A stretch of 64,000 nucleotides of DNA from Candidatus Latescibacterota bacterium. GTDB lineage: Bacteria > Latescibacterota > UBA2968 > GCA-2709665. The stretch spans positions 4,640,001 to 4,704,000 of the forward strand of contig OZ244937.1 in NCBI GenBank assembly GCA_965222075.1, written 5' to 3'. A model generated the notes under the pieces. The model did not search any database and was not told the origin of the DNA. It saw nothing but the letters and a program-made list of their open reading frames with translations. Of this stretch, positions 1-9,886 are shown one piece after another (positions within the stretch are counted from its first letter, which is position 1; each line of letters starts with the position of its first letter). A program made the translations under genes and the position numbers.

Positions 1-385
1 TTTCGTATTCTCCCGATTTCGAGCGAAACTCGGCGGGGGGCCAGTCGTCCTGGCCCTTCGCAGGGGCGCCTTTCACTTCGTTGTCTCCGGCGAATTGAGT
101 CCACCGGGGATACTTTTTGGCGCAGGCAGGACTGGGCGCGTGGATGACGGTAGCGCCAATTTTTCGGAAGGATTCGAGTACGGGTCTGATGCATTCCAGG
201 GTAATATCCCGGCCCCGCTGAAGGTGAGAGGTGACATAGTGGTCGCTCCAGACGTCCACCATGACCAGGGCGATTTCACCGATTGGAAGGGTCCAGTGGA
301 GGGTGTTGTGCTGAAAGTCGGTTTCAGTGACTCTGGATATGCGGAGCTGATGATAATATCTGACGTCGAGTTTTAGGGCTTTCAT
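1..385 (-). CDS. Isochorismatase/cysteine hydrolase-like protein, partial (runs off window start)
   Basis: Manual translation from ATG at 385: MKALKLDVRYY...ALVMVDVWSDH...GATVIHAPS, open to base 1; RBS-like GAAAGGA upstream; not in the ORF track because it is truncated. Confidence 0.6.
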   Translation of the reverse strand, partial: MKALKLDVRYYHQLRISRVTETDFQHNTLHWTLPIGEIALVMVDVWSDHYVTSHLQRGRDITLECIRPVLESFRKIGATVIHAPSPACAKKYPRWTQFAGDNEVKGAPAKGQDDWPPAEFRSKSGEYE

Positions 386-436
386 GGCGAGGTCCTTTCT
401 GAGTGTGGAGCTGAATTGTCTTGAGGTGTGGTGGAT

Positions 437-465
437 AATATGATAGACAGGGCTGGGGGTGTCAA
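437..465 (-). promoter_or_regulatory. Putative sigma70 promoter for the 1-385 gene
   Basis: TTGACA (465-460), 17-nt spacer, CATATT (442-437) on the minus strand. Confidence 0.45.
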
Positions 466-554
466 GGGGTTTGGTTTTGGGAGGGAATGTGTTGAACTGT
501 TTTCCGGCGTAGAAATTCGGCCGGGAGAGGCGTTGTTCTGAAAGGAGGATCTGG

Positions 555-1925
555 ATGAAACGGGAACATATCTGGGCGCACCACGAGTGGGACGCTACGA
601 CGAATTGGAAGCTCAAGGAGGGGGGATACGCCAGCCTGTCGAGCGTTAAGCAGGGGGAAGAGATTGCCTTCCACATTTCGAATTCGCGGTCCTATTACGA
701 GATTTTTATCTTTCGTGAGGGGGCGGAACGGGAACTGGTGAAGACGATTACCGGGCTTAAGGGGGCGCTTCAGGATGTACCCGAACTGGGATACCAGGAT
801 GGGTTTGGGTGGGCGCCGGTGGCTTCGTTCAGGGTTCCGGAGGACTGGAAGAGCGGGGTGTATATTGCGACCTTTTCGACTGCCCAGGGATTGCGGGAGA
901 TCCTATTTGTGGTGCGGCCTAAATCCCCCTGTGCCCCCCTTCTGCTGACGGTTGCCACAAATACGTATCAGGCTTATAATAACGTGGGGGGGAAGTGTTT
1001 TTACGATTATATTTCCACGGACAGGCAGCACGCGAAGCTGGTGAGTTTCGACCGCCCCCTCCAGGCCGACTGCCTGGGCAATTTCTACATCTGGGACCAG
1101 TTTTTTACGTCGTGGATCGACGCTGAAGGCTACAGCGTAGATTATTGCGTAAACGGGGACCACGATGCGGAGCCGGATATTCTGACCCATTACAAAGCGA
1201 ACGTTCGATTTGCACACGACGAATACAACAGCCGGAACGAATGCCTCCAGCTGCAGGAATTTGTGCGGGACGGCGGCAACCTGATTCTGTTCGGAGGGAA
1301 CTGCTTCTGCCAGGAGATCGAGCTGCGCAACAACCAGCGGCAGATCTTTTGTGCCAAGCCTTATTATCACGATCGGCCGACGCCCGAGCGCCCGGAGACA
1401 TCGTTTTTGAATTTTATTGACGACCTGAGACAACGTACCATCGGGGTCTTTTATACGTCGTTCGTTCATACCAAAACAGACGATCCCAACGTGTTTCTTG
1501 CGCCTACGACCGAAGACTGGGGATACTACCGGGTTTGCGATCCGGACCACTGGGTCTTTGAGGAGACAGGCTTGAGAGCGGGAGATGCGTTCGGGCGAGA
1601 GGACTCCATTGTGGGCGTGGAGGCGGATGCGGCGGATCTGGTTCATGTTGATGGCCGCCCCCAATATACGGGTAAGGACGGGGTGTCTCGGGAATACAGG
1701 ATTCTGGCGATTGCCGATTGTCTGGTGCCCGATTCCTCACACCTGACGAGAGAAGGGAATGAGAGTGGGATCGGCAGGTGTTATGGGACGGTTGCGATTA
1801 ACGAGACCGAGTTCAAGGGGACCGTGTTTAATGCCGCGACCATTGAGTGGGGGCACGGCCTGTACCGGGACGATAGCGCCGTGGCGCGGATTACCCGGAA
1901 TGTGCTGAACCGGCTGGGGCGCTGA
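555..1925 (+). CDS. N,N-dimethylformamidase beta-subunit-like domain protein
   Basis: Motifs WKSGVY, TNTYQAYN, VSFDRP, HDEY, GVEAD, VFNAATIEW; AGGAGG RBS. Confidence 0.8.
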   Translation: MKREHIWAHHEWDATTNWKLKEGGYASLSSVKQGEEIAFHISNSRSYYEIFIFREGAERELVKTITGLKGALQDVPELGYQDGFGWAPVASFRVPEDWKSGVYIATFSTAQGLREILFVVRPKSPCAPLLLTVATNTYQAYNNVGGKCFYDYISTDRQHAKLVSFDRPLQADCLGNFYIWDQFFTSWIDAEGYSVDYCVNGDHDAEPDILTHYKANVRFAHDEYNSRNECLQLQEFVRDGGNLILFGGNCFCQEIELRNNQRQIFCAKPYYHDRPTPERPETSFLNFIDDLRQRTIGVFYTSFVHTKTDDPNVFLAPTTEDWGYYRVCDPDHWVFEETGLRAGDAFGREDSIVGVEADAADLVHVDGRPQYTGKDGVSREYRILAIADCLVPDSSHLTREGNESGIGRCYGTVAINETEFKGTVFNAATIEWGHGLYRDDSAVARITRNVLNRLGR

Positions 1926-1954
1926 GCGGGAAGCGGCAGAAACAGGAGCAGGCT

Positions 1955-3787
1955 ATGCCTGTACGGGATGTCCACATTCAACTGGATCTGAAGGTTCCTA
2001 TGCGCGATGGGGTCAGACTCTATGCCGCGATGTATCGACCGGCGAAGGGCGAGAGATTCCCCGTGCTGCTGATCCGGTCGCCCTACAGCACACAGCACCC
2101 CCGGTATGTGGACTGGGCCGTGCGGTTTGCGCAAAACGGCTATGCGGTGGTGATGCAGGACAGCCGGGGGCGCTACGAGTCGGAAGGGAAGTTCCGGCCC
2201 TATATCGACGAGACCGACGACGGCTTCGATACGCATCAGTGGATCGGGGCACAGACCTGGTGCGACGGCAATATCGGGACGTTTGGGGTTTCCTATCCCG
2301 GGTTTACGCAGATTTTACCTGCGCCTCTGCGCAGTCCCTATGTCAAGGCGCTGGTGCCGATTGCGAATCAGGAAGACAATTACGGCCACCTGCGTTACAA
2401 CGGGGTGCTGCAGCTTCAGAACGCGATGAATTGGATCTGGCTGGGAGACCGGACGAACCAGAATGCGCCCAGAGATCTGATTAACTATGAGGAGGTTTAC
2501 CGCAGACTGCCGCTGATTTCCGCGATGGACGATATCGCGGACCGGCCGTTTTACCGGGAGGTTATCCGGCATCATGCGTTTGACACGTTCTGGTCGTCCT
2601 ACAGGCTGATTTCCGCGATGGACGATATCGCGGACCGGCCGTTTTACCGGGAGGTTATCCGGCATCATGCGTTTGACACGTTCTGGTCGTCCTACAGTAT
2701 GAAAGGGAAGTACGGCGAGGTTGGGACGCCCGCCTATTTTATCACGGGATGGTACGACAACCTGCTGCACGAGGGATTCAAATGTTTTACCGGCTGGAAG
2801 ATGCAGGCGAGGGCGCCGGAGGTCAGGTCGCGGTCCCGGCTGATGGTGGGGCCCTGGACGCACTCGGGCATCGGTAGCGCCGAGCCGTTTGGAGATGTCG
2901 ATTTCGGATCGGACGCGGCAGTGGATATGCCGGACGAGCACCTGCGCTGGTACGACCGGCGACTGAGGGGGATCGATTCGGGGATCGACGATGAACCCCC
3001 GGTCAGGATTTTTGTGATGGGGGAGAATGTCTGGCGCTGGGAACACGAGTGGCCATTGGCGCGGACGGAATATACGAGATTCTACCTTCACAGCGGCGGG
3101 CGGGCCAACGCGTTGTTCGGGGACGGCGGGCTGAGCACCGAAGCTCCCGGAGACGAGCCGACCGATTCGTTCACCTACAATCCGGAAGACCCGGTACCCA
3201 CTCTGGGCGGGCAGAGTATGTTTATTGCGAATACCGGTCCGAAAGACCGCAGGCCTGTGGAGCGGCGGGACGATGTGCTGGTGTATTCCACACCTCCGCT
3301 CGTCGAGGATCTGGAGGTTACCGGGCCTGTAGAATTGACGCTTTATGCCGCGTCCAGCGCGCCGGATACCGACTTTACGGCAACGCTTGTTGACGTGCAT
3401 CCGGGAGGCGGGGCGGTTCACCTCTGTGAGGGGATTGTGAGGGCCCGGTTCAGGGAGTCTTACGAGGCGCCCACGCTGATCGAGCCGGGCGTGTTTTACG
3501 AGTACCGGATCAGTCTGTGGGAGACGAGCAACCTTTTCAAGGCGGGGCACCGCATCCGTGTGGAGGTGTCCAGCAGCAACTTTCCACGGTTTGACCGGAA
3601 TCTGAACACCGGTCACGTTCCGGGGCTGGACGACGATATGCAGGTGGCCCAGCAGACGATTTACCACAACGCAGCCTGTCCGTCGCATCTTACGCTGCCG
3701 GTAATTCCGAATGGGATACGCCGTCAGACAATCCGACCCGGTGGAGCGACAAAACGGGTCTGGCAGGCGTTCAGGTCTACAGATTGA
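1955..3787 (+). CDS. CocE/NonD family hydrolase (X-Pro dipeptidyl-peptidase S15-like) with an internal 31-aa duplication
   Basis: VPMRDGVRL, QDSRGRYESEG, nucleophile motif GVSYPG, GPWTH, SSSNFPRFDRN. Confidence 0.9.
   Translation: MPVRDVHIQLDLKVPMRDGVRLYAAMYRPAKGERFPVLLIRSPYSTQHPRYVDWAVRFAQNGYAVVMQDSRGRYESEGKFRPYIDETDDGFDTHQWIGAQTWCDGNIGTFGVSYPGFTQILPAPLRSPYVKALVPIANQEDNYGHLRYNGVLQLQNAMNWIWLGDRTNQNAPRDLINYEEVYRRLPLISAMDDIADRPFYREVIRHHAFDTFWSSYRLISAMDDIADRPFYREVIRHHAFDTFWSSYSMKGKYGEVGTPAYFITGWYDNLLHEGFKCFTGWKMQARAPEVRSRSRLMVGPWTHSGIGSAEPFGDVDFGSDAAVDMPDEHLRWYDRRLRGIDSGIDDEPPVRIFVMGENVWRWEHEWPLARTEYTRFYLHSGGRANALFGDGGLSTEAPGDEPTDSFTYNPEDPVPTLGGQSMFIANTGPKDRRPVERRDDVLVYSTPPLVEDLEVTGPVELTLYAASSAPDTDFTATLVDVHPGGGAVHLCEGIVRARFRESYEAPTLIEPGVFYEYRISLWETSNLFKAGHRIRVEVSSSNFPRFDRNLNTGHVPGLDDDMQVAQQTIYHNAACPSHLTLPVIPNGIRRQTIRPGGATKRVWQAFRSTD
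2512..2697 (+). repeat. Exact 93-bp tandem duplication (2512-2604 and 2605-2697), in frame
   Basis: GCTGATTTCCGCG...TCGTCCTACAG occurs twice back to back; the peptide LISAMDDIADRPFYREVIRHHAFDTFWSSY is duplicated. Confidence 0.95.
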
Positions 3788-5901
3788 AGATGACTGCCAA
3801 TCAGGATACCATTAGAATCGGGGCCGATGTCGGAGGTACGTTTACCGACGTCATCCTGATGGATGAGAAGGGAAAGATCCGGACCCACAAGGTGCCTTCC
3901 ACGCCCCCGAATTTTGAGCGGGCGGTGTTAGACGCGATTGCGTACTTGCTTCCCGCTTCAGGGGCTTCGGGGGCGTCTGTGAGCGACGTGGCGCACGGGA
4001 CCACGGTAGCAACCAATGCTATTTTAGAACACCGGGGCGCGAAGACGGCTTTGATTACGACCAGAGGGTTCCGGGATGTTCTTGAGCTCCGGCGCATTCG
4101 CGCTCCGCAGATGTACGATCTGTTTTTTGACAAGCCCGAGACGCTGGTCGAGCGCTACCTGCGCTTTGAAGTGACGGAACGGATTTCCGCTACCGGCGAG
4201 GTGCTCGTTCCCTTATCGGAGTCCGAGCTGCAGGCGATCAAGGCGGTGCTGGAGAAAGAGGATGTCGAGTCGGTCGCAGTATGCACGCTCCACGCGTACG
4301 CTTTTCCCCGGCATGAGATCGCCGTGGGCGATTTCTTGAGACGACACCTGCCGCAGGTTCCGGTTTCGCTTTCGTCCGAAGTGCTTCCGGAACGCAGGGA
4401 GTATGAACGTACGGCAACGACGGTGGTCAACGCTTATGTCCGTCCCGTGATGCAGCATTACCTAAAAGCGATGCGCGGGGGGCTGCGGGCGATGGGGATT
4501 GAGGCTCCGCTGCTGATGATGCAGTCGGCAGGCGGGCTGACGCCGGAGGAAGACGCCGCGCGGCGGCCGGTTTACGTGCTGGAGTCGGGCCCGGCGGCCG
4601 GGGTGCTGGCGGCCGGTTTTACGGCGCAGCGGATCGGCTTCCAGAATCTGATTACGCTGGATATGGGAGGGACCACTGCCAAGGCGTCTATGATAGAAGG
4701 GGGGCGCATCGCGTACAGCTCGGAGTATGAAGTGGGGGCTTCGGTGTCCGCCGGGAACCGGCTGGTGGGCGGGGGCGGAGAGTTGATACGCGCTCCGAGC
4801 ATCGACATCGCCGAGGTCGGGGCCGGTGGGGGCAGCATCGCGTACTTAGACCGGGCGGGAGGGTTGCGCGTTGGGCCGCGCAGTGCGGGCGCGGTTCCGG
4901 GGCCGGTTTGCTACCGGCTTGGAGGCACCGAACCTACGGTGACGGACGCCAATGCTGTGCTGGGCTACATTCATCCCGGAAAGCTGGCCGATGGGGAGGT
5001 GAGCGTGGATCTTGAGGCGGCGCGGCGTGCGGTATACGACCAGATTGCCGCCCCGCTTGGGATGGATCTGCTCCAGGCGGCGGAGGGCATCCACCGGATT
5101 GCGAATGCCCGCACAATGCGGGCGCTGCGGGCGGTGTCCACGGTGAGGGGGCGGGACCCCCGTGAATTTTCTCTGATGGCCTTCGGAGGATCCGGTCCGA
5201 TCCATGCGGCCGGGCTGGCCCGGGAGCTTTTCACGCCCCGGATTATCGTGCCGTCGCTGCCCGGGTTGTTCAGCGCGCTGGGGCTGCTTTTTTCGGACAT
5301 TGAGCATCACGAGGTCCGCAGCTGTCTGCTGTCCGGGGAGGCGCTTAGGGCTGAGGCTTTGCAGAAGTACCGCGGGGAGATGCAACAAAAGGCGCTTGCC
5401 CAGTTCGAGGCCGAGGGCTATACAGCCGACCGGGTGACGCTGAGTTGTAGCGCCGACATGCGTTTCAAGGGGCAGGCTTCGGAGATACGGATGGCGCTGG
5501 AAGGGGAGACGGTGACCGAAGATACCGTGCGCACGCTGTGCGTTGCGTTTGAAGAAGAGCACGAGCAGCTTTACGGCCACCGGTCCGATCCGGACATCCC
5601 CGTTGAGGTGGTTGCGGTGCGGCTGGTGGGCCGGGCAGGGGTGCGGGGGCAGGAGGGGGGCGGGGTCAGGCCGACAGAACGGTCTGGAGAGAGGCAGACG
5701 AGTCGGCAGGCCTATTTCGGCAGCTCATGGGGTAGGATTGATACACCGGTTATCGCGCGTGGTGTGCTTGCTGAGCGGATGGACGGTCCATGCTTGATTG
5801 ATGAATATGATTCTACGATTGTGGTTCCACCTGATATGCGTGTTTGGCTGGATGACCGGGGGAATATTGTGATGGCGTCTAAGAAGGAGTTAAATCGATG
5901 A
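3784..5901 (+). CDS. hyuA: Hydantoinase/oxoprolinase subunit A family
   Basis: DVGGTFTD, HGTTVATNA, ESGPAAG, DMGGTT, GAGGGS, SAGAVPGP. Confidence 0.9.
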   Translation: MKMTANQDTIRIGADVGGTFTDVILMDEKGKIRTHKVPSTPPNFERAVLDAIAYLLPASGASGASVSDVAHGTTVATNAILEHRGAKTALITTRGFRDVLELRRIRAPQMYDLFFDKPETLVERYLRFEVTERISATGEVLVPLSESELQAIKAVLEKEDVESVAVCTLHAYAFPRHEIAVGDFLRRHLPQVPVSLSSEVLPERREYERTATTVVNAYVRPVMQHYLKAMRGGLRAMGIEAPLLMMQSAGGLTPEEDAARRPVYVLESGPAAGVLAAGFTAQRIGFQNLITLDMGGTTAKASMIEGGRIAYSSEYEVGASVSAGNRLVGGGGELIRAPSIDIAEVGAGGGSIAYLDRAGGLRVGPRSAGAVPGPVCYRLGGTEPTVTDANAVLGYIHPGKLADGEVSVDLEAARRAVYDQIAAPLGMDLLQAAEGIHRIANARTMRALRAVSTVRGRDPREFSLMAFGGSGPIHAAGLARELFTPRIIVPSLPGLFSALGLLFSDIEHHEVRSCLLSGEALRAEALQKYRGEMQQKALAQFEAEGYTADRVTLSCSADMRFKGQASEIRMALEGETVTEDTVRTLCVAFEEEHEQLYGHRSDPDIPVEVVAVRLVGRAGVRGQEGGGVRPTERSGERQTSRQAYFGSSWGRIDTPVIARGVLAERMDGPCLIDEYDSTIVVPPDMRVWLDDRGNIVMASKKELNR

Positions 5902-7338
5902 GAGATCGAAAGTTGGAGTCCTATTCCAGGGATTGGAGGAAGCGGGAAGAGGTCGCCGAGTTGATGGTCCCTCTTATCGGAAAACTCTATCGGGATCAAG
6001 GTGTGGTGACAACGATTTACGACCATTCCCTGGTTCGCAAGTCCACGATCGAGATTCTCAAGGCCCACCGCTTCACGCGGCATGTTCTCAAGGAGGAGCT
6101 CTCCGTTTCTGCAAGCTTACCGGTTCTTCAAGCTTTAAGCAGGCTCGACCCGGGGCCGGCCCGTATTGATGTGGGAAAGCTGGCCGCCGGGTATGAGCAA
6201 AAGAAAGCAGAGGTGGATGTCGACGTTTTCCTCAGACAGGCGCTGTCTAAAACCAACATGGAGAGAAAGGCCCTGCTGGATTGGCCCCAGGATGTGGTGC
6301 TCTACGGTTTTGGCCGGGTCGGGCGAATGTTGGCGCGGATTCTGATCCAGAGGAGCGGCGGCGACAAGTGGCGTCTGCGGGCGGTTGTCACGCGTAAAAG
6401 ACGAGGGGACGACTTGATGAAACGGGCCAGTCTCCTTCGACGCGACTCGGTGCACGGCCGCTTCAACGGGGCGATTGTGATGGACCGGGAGGAGAATGCC
6501 CTTGTCGCGAACGGGAATATGATCCGTATTCTTTACGCCGATGCTCCAGAGGATGTGAATTACTGCGCATACGGGATTCAGGATGCGGTTGTTGTGGACA
6601 ATGCCGGGATCTGGGCGGGACCGTGAGGGGCTTGGACGTCACCTGAAAGCCGGGGGCGTTTCCAAGGTCATCCTGACGGCGCCCGGAGAGGGAGATGTTC
6701 CCAATATTGTTTACGGTGTGAACAACGATGATATCAGGGAGGAGGAACGAACCCTCTCCGCCGCCAGCTGTACGACCAATGCGATTGTGCCGGTGCTCAA
6801 GGCAATGCACGACCGCTTCCATATTGAACACGGGCATATTGAGACCTGTCATTCCTACACCAACGATCAGAATCTGATTGATAACTATCACAGGAAGAGC
6901 CGGAGGGGCCGGGGCGCTCCGCTGAATATGGTGATTACGGAAACCGCGGCGGCCAACGCGGTGGCCAAGGTTCTGCCCGAACTGGCCGGGAAACTCACGG
7001 CCAATGCGATTCGGGTTCCGACCCCCAATGTGTCCCTGGCGATTCTGAATCTGGCCCTCGGCCGGGAGAGCACCCTTGAGGGTGTGAATACCTACCTGAG
7101 GGATATCTCGCTGAATTCGCCGCTTCAGGACCAGATCGATTATACCAGTTCACACGAGGTCGTTTCCAGCGATTTTATCGGCACCTCGAAGACCGCCATT
7201 GTGGACTCGTTTGCGACTATCGTGCAGGGGAAGCGGTGCGTGCTCTACGTGTGGTATGACAACGAATATGGCTACGCCTGTCAGGTGATTCGAATCGTTC
7301 AGCATATCGCAGGGCTGCAGCTGCCCGCTTTTCCCTGA
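5898..7338 (+). pseudogene. gap: Long-type (N-terminally extended) glyceraldehyde-3-phosphate dehydrogenase split by one frameshift at about 6613-6615
   Basis: Frame 1 has GFGRVGR and DSVHGRF; frame 2 has SAASCTTN, RVPTPNVS and WYDNEYGY; removing one G from ATCTGGGCGGGAC restores ...DNAGIWRDREGL. Confidence 0.85.
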
Positions 7339-7344
7339 GGGTCT

Positions 7345-9129
7345 ATGTCTGAAATTGATCCGATTACGCGTGAGATTATGCAGAATGGGCTGGCGGCGGC
7401 GGCGGACGAGATGAGCGCGGCGCTGTACCGCACGGCTTATTCCACGATTGTGCGGGATTGTCTGGATTATTCCACGTCGCTGTGCAATGCAAGGGGTGAG
7501 ATGATCGCACAGGGGGTGACGATTCCGCTGCACTTGGGGTCGGTGCCGTTTGCGATGGGAGCGCTGTTTGAGCGGTTCGGGGAGGATATTGAACCGGGGG
7601 ATGTGTTTATTCTGAACGATCCGTTCGACGGGGGGATGCATATCCCGGATATTTTTATTGTGAAGCCGATTTTCTGGGAGGGCGAGCGTGTGGCGTTTGC
7701 GGTGAGCACGGCGCACCACTTAGATCTGGGGGGGCGGCTGCCGGGGAGTTCGGCCTGCGACAATACGGAGATTTTTCAGGAGGGGATTCGCATTCCGTGG
7801 CTGAAGCTTTATCGCCGGGGAGAGGCCGATGCGTCGATTTTTGCGTTGATCCGGGCGAACGTGCGGGTGCCCCAGATGACGATCGGGGATATCCGGGCGC
7901 AGCTGGCGGCCTGCCACATCGGGGAGCGGGCGACCCACACGCTGATCCAGCGGTACGGGCTGGAGACGTTTGTGGCATGTGCAGACGATTTGATCGATTA
8001 TACGGAGCGGCTGGTGCGGGCGGAGATCGCGTCGTGGCCGGACGGGTCGCATACGTTTACGGATTATTTGGACAGCGACGGGGTGGGCGGGCCCAGGGTG
8101 AAGGTCCAGGTGAGGGTGACGGTGAAAGGGGATTCGCTGAGGGCCGATTTTACGGGTACGGACCCACAGGTTCGCGGGGCGATCAACAGTACGCTCTCTT
8201 TTACGGCGGCGGTGGTGGCGCTTTGCGTGCGCGCGGTGATGCAGGAGGAGATTCCGAATACGGAGGGGATGTTCCGGCCGCTTGAAATTGTCGCGCCGGA
8301 AGGCACGCTGGTGAATGTGGTGATGCCGGGGGCGTCTTCGATGCGGGGGGTGACGGGGTTCCGGATGACGGATACGGTGTTCGGGGCGCTGGCCGGGCTG
8401 CTGCCGGACCGGGTGCTGGCTGCCGGAGAAGGGGGCAATACGCTGGTGATTTTCGGAGGGCAGCGGGAGGATCGGTCGCCGTATGTGTATTACGAGCTGC
8501 TGTCGGGGACGTGGGGGGCGCGGCCGGACCGGGACGGGAATGACGGGCTGTGCAATCCGGCCAATGTGGCGAGCAATATCCCGGTCGAGCAGGCGGAGTG
8601 CGAGTACCCGGTGCGGATCCAGCGCTACGGGCTGGTGCGCGACAGCGGGGGGGCCGGACAGTACCGCGGGGGGCTGGCGATCGAGCGGGAGTGGCAGCTG
8701 CTGGACGGAGAGGCGCACCTGGCGATTCGGTCGGACCGACGGGAGCACCTGCCGTACGGGCTTTGCGGGGGAAAGCCGGCGACGGGATCGGTTAACCTTC
8801 TTCACCACAAGGATGGCGCGGAGGTACTGCCGACGATGATTTCGACGTCGATAAAGGCCGGGGAGCGGATTTACCACCGCCAGGCCGGCGGCGGGGGCTG
8901 GGGCGATCCGTGTGCGCGCGATCCGGAGGCGGTAGCGCGTGATGTGAAGAACGGGAAGGTGTCAGTCGAGAAGGCGCGGGAGGACTACGGTGTGGTGCTG
9001 GATGAGGAGACACTGGCGGTGGATGAGGAGGGGACGGCAGAAGTGCGCAGGAAGCTCGACGCGGCGAGCGAGGACTACGGCAAAAGGGTAGAAGAGGCAG
9101 ACCGGCCGGTGAGTAACAGAACAGGCTGA
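7345..9129 (+). CDS. hyuB: Hydantoinase/oxoprolinase subunit B family
   Basis: RTAYSTIV, HLGS, NDPFDGGMHIPD, HHLDLGG, DSGGAGQYRGG, GGGGWGDP. Confidence 0.9.
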   Translation: MSEIDPITREIMQNGLAAAADEMSAALYRTAYSTIVRDCLDYSTSLCNARGEMIAQGVTIPLHLGSVPFAMGALFERFGEDIEPGDVFILNDPFDGGMHIPDIFIVKPIFWEGERVAFAVSTAHHLDLGGRLPGSSACDNTEIFQEGIRIPWLKLYRRGEADASIFALIRANVRVPQMTIGDIRAQLAACHIGERATHTLIQRYGLETFVACADDLIDYTERLVRAEIASWPDGSHTFTDYLDSDGVGGPRVKVQVRVTVKGDSLRADFTGTDPQVRGAINSTLSFTAAVVALCVRAVMQEEIPNTEGMFRPLEIVAPEGTLVNVVMPGASSMRGVTGFRMTDTVFGALAGLLPDRVLAAGEGGNTLVIFGGQREDRSPYVYYELLSGTWGARPDRDGNDGLCNPANVASNIPVEQAECEYPVRIQRYGLVRDSGGAGQYRGGLAIEREWQLLDGEAHLAIRSDRREHLPYGLCGGKPATGSVNLLHHKDGAEVLPTMISTSIKAGERIYHRQAGGGGWGDPCARDPEAVARDVKNGKVSVEKAREDYGVVLDEETLAVDEEGTAEVRRKLDAASEDYGKRVEEADRPVSNRTG

Positions 9130-9859
9130 GACCGGTATCGCCGTTGTCCGCAGCTCCTGGAAAAAGAACGCCACCGCCATCACCTTGAACATCCCGGACG
9201 GAGAGTGCGACGTAACCGGGCACGCGCACGACGATCCCCTTGCCATCACATTTCTGGCGCACGAGGTGCCGATCCTGTGGCTCCCGTCGAACGAGCTTTA
9301 CATCCATGTCAATGGGCCTCGGCACCGTGGAAAGCCTGCTCGGGGCTATCCTTATTCCGACCTTTCAAAGTCCGTCGTTCTCCCTGATGGACAGCCAAGG
9401 TCTCGTCCCGAGGATCTGGTCAACGTTTGGGGCGTCGCTGCCGCTTCGGTCGAGAGTTCGCTCCGGGTCGGCACAGAATCGGTACTGACGGGAACGCTGA
9501 AGACCGAAGGCGGCTTCACATGGTCACGCGAAATACGTCTCGGATCCCGCAACGAATGGAACCTGACCGACTGCGCCCGGGGCGAGAGCAGAAAGCGTCA
9601 CAGGGCCCTCTTCCATTTCGACTACGGTGTCGAGGTCAGGCGCTCGCGCAGCGGCTTTCGCGCAGTTCGCGGCAATGTGGTGGTCGGGATTGACCTTGAA
9701 AGCAACAGGTTGGGGACGACGAAGCTTCGGCGGAACGTCAAATGGCTACGACCGAACGCTCACCGTCGCGGACAGCCTGCACCATGGCTCCTCGAGGTGC
9801 CGTTCGGAGGAAGCGGAGACGACGTGCTGGAGACGAGGTTCAGAATAGAGAGACCATAG
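9128..9859 (+). pseudogene. Orphan C-terminal fragment of a heparinase II/III-like protein
   Basis: Frame reads ETGIAVVRSSW...GHAHDDPLAITF; an in-frame stop at 9110 leaves no N-terminal domain and no convincing start or RBS. Confidence 0.5.
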
Positions 9860-9886
9860 ATAAATGAATGGGCGATCGGAGGGCAG

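Noticed and set aside
6600-6630. Programmed frameshift in gap
   Set aside because: No slippery heptamer or stimulatory structure; a single-base insertion explains it
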